64,000 nt of DNA from a virus: the IMG/VR virus record IMGVR_UViG_3300040815_002027; one strand, written 5' to 3'. Every line of letters begins with the position of its first letter. Position 1 is the first letter of the stretch. This document shows, in pieces, positions 57,054 through 64,000 of this stretch. The position numbers and the translations under genes are program-made. The notes beneath the pieces were generated by a model. That model was given only the letters and a program-made list of their open reading frames with translations, was not told the DNA's origin and did no database searches.

Positions 57054-59984
57054 ATGGCTTGTAAAAGGTATGACGTAACAGTACAGCCTGGGAGATCTTC
57101 AGGATTTATACAATATATACAATGTAATACGTTAAGCTTAGTTTCTCGTGCAGTGAGTTCTAATGCTCCCCTACTATTAACAGACGTAGAAACCGTACAA
57201 ACTACAGTAGGTGTTATAGTAGAGGAGTTAGATGGAGGAGGTACGGGAGGTAGTACACCTCCACCACCGCCTACTACAAGATACTATGAAGTCGTACCTT
57301 GTAACAATGCTAATATAGCAAGATATACTACAAGACCTCCACAAGCACTTAATGAACGTGTTTCTGTAACAGATAGAGGAGGAGTACCAGCTAATGTTAG
57401 TTGGACATATAATGGACAAACAACTACCAGTCCAGGAACTATAACCAGTGTTTTTGGAACAGGTAGATCTGGGTGTATTGATGCACCGCCACCGCCACCG
57501 CCACCTCCTCCTGCGCCTTCTACTACTCCTATTACTTTAGGTAGAACTGATTTAGTTAATAGTGCGCAAGCTTGTTTTAGATTTAATCAAGGCAGTCTTC
57601 CTACACGTACTTATTATATAGACAGTGACTTATTTCAAAACACGACTATACTAACTACCGATAGTACTGGTTTTAATACGGTTCCTGACGGAACGTACAC
57701 TAACGGTCAGTATTATATTAATGTTAGAGGAGGTAGATTAGAGAGTGCTGTAGTATGTCAAAATGTACCACCTCCTATAGATCCTGTAGATCCTGTTGAT
57801 CCTATAGAGTTAGAACTTACCTACTATACTATTAGGTCTTGTGAAGGAGGGGATGGTGGTGGAGTAAATATATTAAGGTCTACAATAAGACCTCCTAGTG
57901 TAGAAAGAGAACGAGTTGTTTACCAAGGGCAGGATTATGTATACACTGGGCAATCTTCTGGAAGGATTCAAGGTTCAAGAGCAATACCTCCTGCTCAATT
58001 AACTGGAACAAGGAGTTCTGGTTGTCAAACACAGCCTAACTATATACAGTATTCTGCATTAAGATCATGTAATAACAGTAATATAGTTATTTACACTACT
58101 AGAGTAGCGTCTTACTCTTCTGAGCAGGTTGAGATTAATGGTGACACTTATTATTACTCTAGCCCCCCAACTCAGAGAAGGCCTCCTTCTGGATCTACAA
58201 TAGTAAATGGTAGAGATATAGTTAGTACAGGTAGAGTACGATGTGAAAGAGAATCTGTAGGTCCTCCAACACCTCCTCCATCTGGTCCAGGATCTCCACC
58301 TCCTCCGCCACCACCTACTACAGTAAGGTGTACTTTTAGGGAGATAGTTAGACCTTCTTTAGCGCAATCTTTTAATTCTATATTTGCTGGAGAAGAGTTT
58401 ACTTTAGGAGATTTCATAGCTGGTGAGATTTTATTAAATGGAGAGCCTATAGGATTAGGAGAGGCTACTGTAACGCTTACCATAGGGCAGAGGTATGTAG
58501 TTGAGTTTAGAAAACCTTCTCACCCATACTTTCAATTTAGTGATGGAAGCCCTTCAAGATATGTAATAGAATCTGCTGGTATAGGTACTAATTTAGTAGA
58601 AAGTATTTTTACTCCTACATTTAATGCCGATACTGGAAGATTAAGAATAACTACTTCTTATGATCCTAATATAGCAGGATCTACAGGAAATGGTGAGATT
58701 TTTATAACAGGGAGAGGAAGTGTCGGTAAAGGTAGTGCTGAAGTAGAGCTTCCTCCAGGAGACTATACAGTTTATTTTGGAAGCATTTCTGCTCCAGGTT
58801 TAATATTTACTACTCCTGAAAAGAGGTTAGTTAAGGTAGAAATAGGTAAAACAGCTACTACAAATGGATTTTACACGTCTGTACCTTTACCTACAGGATA
58901 TTGGTTAAAGCCTGTTGACAGTATAGAGAAATTACAGTACAATGCTGTAACTACTAAAGGAATGTTCTCTAATAATATAGGCAATTTGACCACGTTCTAC
59001 TCTTCTAGTATTACTGCTTCTTTGGATAACCACTATACTCATGTTTATCACGAGCCTTTGACAAGTCTTACTTCTTCTATACAGTTTAGTTTGGCTTACG
59101 GAAATTATTACGGTTCTGGATCTAATGATGAAGGAGGTCAGATAAGTGATACTCCTACTAGAGCTATCTATGGACAGTATAGAAACATAATACTAGGTAA
59201 TTCTAATGGTAAATTTAATTTATCTGGTCAAGAAACTGACAGTATTTATGTTTTATCTTTCCAAAAAGATAGAAGAGACACAAGAGCTGATTATAATGCT
59301 TTAGAAATAAATTTAGCGCATTTATCTGGGTCTGAATTTATAAACGGAGAAGGATTTATGGCGGCTCATACAGGCTCTAATGTAAAATTAGGCGGAGAAG
59401 GAAAAGTATTAAGACTAATATCAGACTACAAGATAAATAATAACCCTATAAGAACTGTACCATCCGCTCCTATAGAGTATAATATAGTATCTGGATCTAT
59501 AGAAGATGGGGTTTATAACTCTAACTCTCCACATTATTATGGTAAATTGTACCCTAGTATAGGAGTGGCTATATTAGATGCAACTAAATTAGACGTTTCT
59601 GCTTCTTTTGGCACTGTAACATCTAGAGAAGTTGATGGCAAGAATCAGCTAAAGTTGTTTACAGCTATTTCAGGAGCAGCTCAGTATACTGATGCTAGTG
59701 GCGATTACTTAGGAATGAAGGCAAGAGCTACAAAAGAAGAGTTAGTTTACCATTATCTTATAAATGTAAGAAATAAAGAGTTTAACTTGTCTAATAATCC
59801 TACATATTATAATGCAGATGATGGTCTTATAGTAGATGGCTTTATAGATGATCCTAAGACATACATAACTACTATAGGATTGTATGATGTTAACAGAAAT
59901 TTAATAGCTGTAGCAAAACCTTCTGTAGCTGAGTTTAATAGCTTTACAGATGAAGTTATGTTTAATGTAAAACTAAAGTTCTAA
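57054..59984 (+). CDS. Pro-rich multi-domain structural protein; C-terminal third is a paralog of 55959
   Basis: Poly-Pro linkers; MFS.N.GNLTTF...DTP.RAIY.QYR...YITTIGLYD. Confidence 0.75.
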   Translation: MACKRYDVTVQPGRSSGFIQYIQCNTLSLVSRAVSSNAPLLLTDVETVQTTVGVIVEELDGGGTGGSTPPPPPTTRYYEVVPCNNANIARYTTRPPQALNERVSVTDRGGVPANVSWTYNGQTTTSPGTITSVFGTGRSGCIDAPPPPPPPPPAPSTTPITLGRTDLVNSAQACFRFNQGSLPTRTYYIDSDLFQNTTILTTDSTGFNTVPDGTYTNGQYYINVRGGRLESAVVCQNVPPPIDPVDPVDPIELELTYYTIRSCEGGDGGGVNILRSTIRPPSVERERVVYQGQDYVYTGQSSGRIQGSRAIPPAQLTGTRSSGCQTQPNYIQYSALRSCNNSNIVIYTTRVASYSSEQVEINGDTYYYSSPPTQRRPPSGSTIVNGRDIVSTGRVRCERESVGPPTPPPSGPGSPPPPPPPTTVRCTFREIVRPSLAQSFNSIFAGEEFTLGDFIAGEILLNGEPIGLGEATVTLTIGQRYVVEFRKPSHPYFQFSDGSPSRYVIESAGIGTNLVESIFTPTFNADTGRLRITTSYDPNIAGSTGNGEIFITGRGSVGKGSAEVELPPGDYTVYFGSISAPGLIFTTPEKRLVKVEIGKTATTNGFYTSVPLPTGYWLKPVDSIEKLQYNAVTTKGMFSNNIGNLTTFYSSSITASLDNHYTHVYHEPLTSLTSSIQFSLAYGNYYGSGSNDEGGQISDTPTRAIYGQYRNIILGNSNGKFNLSGQETDSIYVLSFQKDRRDTRADYNALEINLAHLSGSEFINGEGFMAAHTGSNVKLGGEGKVLRLISDYKINNNPIRTVPSAPIEYNIVSGSIEDGVYNSNSPHYYGKLYPSIGVAILDATKLDVSASFGTVTSREVDGKNQLKLFTAISGAAQYTDASGDYLGMKARATKEELVYHYLINVRNKEFNLSNNPTYYNADDGLIVDGFIDDPKTYITTIGLYDVNRNLIAVAKPSVAEFNSFTDEVMFNVKLKF

Positions 59985-59988
59985 TGAT

Positions 59989-61659
59989 ATGCTTGAGCCT
60001 ACAGTATTTAATAAAGTCAATAGGGATGATTATTCGGTCATCCCTTTTGAAGCAAATAAGCAATTTAATGTAAATGTTTCCCAATTAGGTAACCAAGGTT
60101 ATTCAGTAAAAAAAGCACAATACTTTAGAGACCCTTTAGCTATAAGTGCTTCTCTTAATAGTGTTAGAAATGCTCCCACAAGTTCTGATGGTTCGTATAA
60201 TTATCAAAACTGGAGGATCATAAACCAACTATATTATAGAAACCCTTATGACCCTGTAGAGTCTTTTGAAGGACATATAAGAGAGTTTACTGATAAAAGG
60301 TTATTTCTTACCGCTAGTATAGTTTCCTCCCCTTATATGGACATTGGAGAGGGTTTTAAGAAAGGCTCTGTTACTATAACTAGTACTAATTTGAATTTAT
60401 CTGATGATTCTAACTATAACTTAATAGATAATACTATAAGTACGTCTAGTTTTGCAGATAAAGATTATTTAGACCTTTATTTAGGATTCCAAGAGTTATA
60501 CAGGCACACTAAATATGGTTATAGCACTAATTTATCTACTACTTCTAACTACGAATCTAATACTGTACTTCAAAATACTGAGTATATTCTAAAAAATGTA
60601 TCTGTCTCTAAAGGTATAGAGATTAACAGTACAGGTAGTGGTGCGCAGATAGATTTTACAAGAGACTCCTACTTAGAAATCAAACATAATGAGCAGCTAT
60701 CTTATGAAAAAGATGAGGACTTTTCTATATCTTTATGGATAAAAGCTCCTGTATCTCAAAGTAATGTCGATACTGAAGAGAATTCTATTTTAACGAAAAG
60801 AACTTATTCCAAAATAGACTATTCTGGTATTCATAATACTCAACTAGAGAATGGTTCTATAACTAAAAGAAACTACATATCATCATCTATAGATTATTCT
60901 CCTGCTCCGTTCTATCCTTATGATATAGCTATAAAGAATCAAACATCTGTAGATTCTGGAAAAGTTATTTTTAGGAGGTCTGATGGGCTGAATATTCTAA
61001 CATTAAGTACTGTTTCTCCTATTAATGATGGTATTTATCATCATTTTTGTGTTACTAAAAGTGGAAGTTTATTCTCTACATATTTAGATGGCGTATTAGA
61101 ATCTACTGGATCTGAATTAGGGTTCCAATCAACCAATGCTAGTTCCATAATTTTTGGGGGAGAGGACAAAAGAGGCACACAACAATTTTCAGGATCTTTA
61201 GATGAGATAAGATTTTATAGTAAAGCAGCGAATATAACAGAAATATCATCATCTTTAGCAGAAAATACTAATGGATTACTATACCAAACAAATAGAGTAG
61301 GTAACGTATTCTACAGAAGAGGAGAAATAATACTAACATCACCTATAGAAAAATATCATAATTATTTTGATACAGATAATTGGAATTTGAAGTACAAAAA
61401 TAAATACTCTATATATGAGTATGAGACTTTAGTACGAGTTAAAAAAGGTATGTTTAATAAAACTATGAATCCATCATCTACTCAAAGTCCAAAGTCTAAC
61501 TTATATTTGAATGATTTTACAGGTTCTTTATCGCCATACGCTACTACGGTAGGATTGTACAATAAAGATTATCAATTAGTGGCTGTGGGGAAGTTAGGGA
61601 GACCTTTAAAGATGCGGGATGATGTAGATGTCAATATAATTGTGAGATGGGATTATTAA
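59989..61659 (+). CDS. structural protein with LamG/concanavalin-like domain
   Basis: DFSISLWIK, HHFCVT, FSGSLDEIRFY; C-terminal ATTVGLYN..LVAVGKL. Confidence 0.8.
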   Translation: MLEPTVFNKVNRDDYSVIPFEANKQFNVNVSQLGNQGYSVKKAQYFRDPLAISASLNSVRNAPTSSDGSYNYQNWRIINQLYYRNPYDPVESFEGHIREFTDKRLFLTASIVSSPYMDIGEGFKKGSVTITSTNLNLSDDSNYNLIDNTISTSSFADKDYLDLYLGFQELYRHTKYGYSTNLSTTSNYESNTVLQNTEYILKNVSVSKGIEINSTGSGAQIDFTRDSYLEIKHNEQLSYEKDEDFSISLWIKAPVSQSNVDTEENSILTKRTYSKIDYSGIHNTQLENGSITKRNYISSSIDYSPAPFYPYDIAIKNQTSVDSGKVIFRRSDGLNILTLSTVSPINDGIYHHFCVTKSGSLFSTYLDGVLESTGSELGFQSTNASSIIFGGEDKRGTQQFSGSLDEIRFYSKAANITEISSSLAENTNGLLYQTNRVGNVFYRRGEIILTSPIEKYHNYFDTDNWNLKYKNKYSIYEYETLVRVKKGMFNKTMNPSSTQSPKSNLYLNDFTGSLSPYATTVGLYNKDYQLVAVGKLGRPLKMRDDVDVNIIVRWDY

Positions 61660-61671
61660 AAGTGAATAAAG

Positions 61672-62244
61672 ATGATAAAACTAAAAGAACTACTAGAAAG
61701 ACTCCAGACTGAACAAGATATAGAGGGATTTAAAACCCCAGAAAAATATGCCACATCAGGACAGTATTTTGAAAATGGTGATGAACCAAGCATATTAGGG
61801 AAAAGAGTATGGATACATACTAATAGAAGGCACAGAAATGATAAAGTTAATGGTATAATAGGTATATATAAAAGTACAGACAAAGGGTCTAAAATACCTA
61901 CTGTAATCGGATACACTAATCAAATAAGACTTGTTGGGGATATTTTTTTTGATGTTAGTCAATCAGGAGTAGATAGAATAAAAAAAACAGATAAAAGAAC
62001 ATTAGTAGCAGGTATATCAGGTATTGTAGGAAAGGTTAACAAAGGTTCAACATCAGGAATGGAAAAAATAACTTTTAATCCAAAATCTAAGCATATTAAA
62101 GGATTTCATAAAGTAGGAGGAGATGTAGAGGGAGGTGGTGAATTATTGTCAGCGGATGAAGTTTATATGGAGGCGGACTCATATACAAGTGATGGTGGTG
62201 AGGTTAGATGGAACGTTTATGCAAAAGGTCTTAAGTACAAATAG
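61672..62244 (+). CDS. hypothetical protein with MIKLKELLE leader
   Basis: ORF track. Confidence 0.8.
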   Translation: MIKLKELLERLQTEQDIEGFKTPEKYATSGQYFENGDEPSILGKRVWIHTNRRHRNDKVNGIIGIYKSTDKGSKIPTVIGYTNQIRLVGDIFFDVSQSGVDRIKKTDKRTLVAGISGIVGKVNKGSTSGMEKITFNPKSKHIKGFHKVGGDVEGGGELLSADEVYMEADSYTSDGGEVRWNVYAKGLKYK

Positions 62245-63207
62245 TATGATAAAACTTAAAGAAATTTTGCAAGAGGCTAAAAGAGATGCTTCTTTAGTAA
62301 AGAACTTTAAGGAATTTGTGAATGAATCAATTTACTATCATGGGACAACATTACCTAAATCAAACCCAAAAATTGACTCTTTTAAAACTAAAACTGGATT
62401 TAGAAGTAATTCAATGACAGGTTTAAAACGTTTGGTTAATTCTCCTTGGATATTTTTTACTGATGATTATCATTTAGCACAAAAATTTGGCTCGGCTAAA
62501 ACAGCTGGTTTATATCACGATAAAGGTGATTTTTCACATAAAACAGTTGTTTTAGAGTATGATATTGACGAATCTAAATTAAATATATTAGATTTAACAA
62601 TGGGTGATTTTATTGAAAAAATTGAAAAAATTGTAGATAGCGACATACTAAATAATTATTATGGTAGTATGGTTGCTTTTTATGACATTGAAATTGAAGA
62701 TACTTGGGAGTTGTTAGATGATAATATCATAAGTAATATTATAATTAAAAAAGGGTTTGATTCAGTTAAGTTAATTGAAAGTGGTGGTAAATCATTAGCC
62801 ATACATATAAGCAAAGTTAATACGGTAGTCAAACAAAGACAATAGTGTGTAGTAAAATTATTTTTGTTTTTCATCACGAAACTCAATTATAAGTACCAAT
62901 ATAGCACTTGTACATAACGGTTGAGAATATAAGTAGTATCCGATTTGAAACAAGAAACTTAAAGTTTAATATAAATGTTAAACAGAAGTAGTAGCTTAAA
63001 TGAAACACATAACTCGGTTATTACTTATATTCTTTGTTATGTACAGGTGCGGTGGGTTTAAGACAAAACTTAATTAGAACCACAGACAAAAAACAAAAAT
63101 AATTGAGATATACATATAAACTTATTAACTTGTAGTATGATAAAACTTAAAGAAATTTTGCAAGAGGCTAAAAGAGATGCTTCTTTAGTAAAGAACTTTA
63201 AGGAATT
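62242..63207 (+). mobile_element. cassette-like insertion bounded by a perfect 75-bp direct repeat (62242-62316 = 63133-63207) and containing a complete attC-like hairpin (62904-63050)
   Basis: GCACTTGTACATAAC / GTTATGTACAGGTGC outer arms; AGAATATAAGTA / TACTTATATTCT inner arms. Confidence 0.75.
62246..62845 (+). CDS. ART-like protein fused to the duplicated leader of the downstream HD gene
   Basis: YYHGT, IFFTDD..LAQKFG, GFDSV; true ATG 62246. Confidence 0.75.
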   Translation: MIKLKEILQEAKRDASLVKNFKEFVNESIYYHGTTLPKSNPKIDSFKTKTGFRSNSMTGLKRLVNSPWIFFTDDYHLAQKFGSAKTAGLYHDKGDFSHKTVVLEYDIDESKLNILDLTMGDFIEKIEKIVDSDILNNYYGSMVAFYDIEIEDTWELLDDNIISNIIIKKGFDSVKLIESGGKSLAIHISKVNTVVKQRQ

Positions 63208-63667
63208 ACTTCTTATGTTCCCCAAGGAAGTTAGAGATAAGGTTATGCGTTTAAAATGTGTTCCTCAAAATCCTAAGTGGCATCCAGAAGGAAATACTTT
63301 AAAACATACAATATTAGTTGTAAGGAGAGCTATAGAGCATTCAAATAAGGATGCAGATATGATTATAGCAGCACTATTTCATGATGTAGGTAAGTATGAT
63401 ACTTTAGGTACGAATCCAAAAACAGGACAACCGACTGCTTTTGGACACGAAAAAGTTTCAGCCGAGGAAGTAGAAAAATATAAAGATGCTATAGAGTCTC
63501 TTGGAGGAAATGTGAGTAGAATAAAAGCTATAGTAAAAGACCATATGAGAATAAAAAAATATGGGGAGATGAGACAAAAAAAGAAAGAACAAATGGAAGC
63601 TATGGAGATTTTTGATGACTTGAAATTCTTTTGTAACAAACTAGATAAAGGAGGAATAGACATATGA
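63137..63667 (+). CDS. HD-domain protein (type seen in CCA-adding enzymes) with leader
   Basis: QNPKWHPEGNTLKHT, ALFHDVGK, GHE, HM. Confidence 0.85.
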   Translation: MIKLKEILQEAKRDASLVKNFKELLLMFPKEVRDKVMRLKCVPQNPKWHPEGNTLKHTILVVRRAIEHSNKDADMIIAALFHDVGKYDTLGTNPKTGQPTAFGHEKVSAEEVEKYKDAIESLGGNVSRIKAIVKDHMRIKKYGEMRQKKKEQMEAMEIFDDLKFFCNKLDKGGIDI

Positions 63668-64000
63668 TGAAATTAACTACACTTTTGAAAGAATCAAGAA
63701 CTTACACAGGAGACTATGTTGCACAACATATAAAAGATATAACGCCTGATGAAGATATGATTCCTGATTATTTTATTAGCAAATATATAAAACCTAACGA
63801 TGGTTGGGAGAGGAAATCTATAAGAATAAAAGATTTATTGAAAACTGATGAATCCTTTAAAGAGTATTTTGACTCAGGAGAAGATAGATATTACGGTTAT
63901 GATATGGATGAAGATGATTTAAATTTAGAATTAGTAGTTTATAACGGGAATTTATTAGATGGTTACAGTAGAGCGACCAAACTTTTAAATAATGATTTTA
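63664..64000 (+). CDS. leader-bearing ParB-like protein (partial, runs off window)
   Basis: MMKLTTLLKE...ELVVYNGELLDGYSRA, manually translated. Confidence 0.6.
   Translation, partial: MMKLTTLLKESRTYTGDYVAQHIKDITPDEDMIPDYFISKYIKPNDGWERKSIRIKDLLKTDESFKEYFDSGEDRYYGYDMDEDDLNLELVVYNGNLLDGYSRATKLLNNDF

Noticed and set aside
62242-63207. Diversity-generating retroelement TR/VR pair
   Set aside because: The 75-bp copies are identical with no adenine-specific mismatches, lie at gene starts, and no reverse transcriptase is seen
560-63663. Minus-strand ORFs nested in + strand genes (e.g. 560-748, 10547-10933, 20080-20445, 31684-32103, 54132-54536, 63379-63663)
   Set aside because: Antisense shadows of well-supported genes; only 36640-38368 forms a credible minus-strand unit
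1-64000. Integrase, tRNA or rRNA genes
   Set aside because: No tyrosine/serine recombinase motifs or cloverleaf-like sequences recognised by eye; a tRNAscan/HMM search was not possible

Overview
A 64-kb AT-rich segment of a large, probably jumbo, myovirus-like phage genome. The host is most likely Bacteroidota: there are many TTG..TAnnTTTG (-33/-7) promoters, almost no Shine-Dalgarno sites, and signal peptides that expose an N-terminal Gln. Layout: (i) 1-6 kb, small accessory genes, partly inside an attC-like array of nested AAC...GTT / GTT...AAC inverted-repeat segments; (ii) about 6.2-16.9 kb, an early-gene island built from a repeated intergenic module (terminator, fixed-spacing CTTATAAGG-N21-TTTGCGTG motif, 31-bp repeats, host promoter); (iii) about 17-37 kb and 61.7-64 kb, late-promoter-associated enzymes (ART-like, kinase, GNAT, ParB-like, HD, plus WYL, LRR and others), many sharing an N-terminal MIKLK..L..E leader resembling a capsid-targeting sequence; (iv) endolysin, Hsp20, HD protein, a gp55-like late sigma factor, and a baseplate/tail module (42-61.6 kb). 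The strongest candidate novel system is an integron-like two-class cassette system. One apparently circularly permuted cassette has been grafted onto a leader sequence through a 75-bp duplication, linking cassette mobility to a putative virion-packaged effector repertoire. No integrase, tRNA, rRNA or CRISPR array was recognised. All protein family calls come from motif recognition by eye, not database searches.
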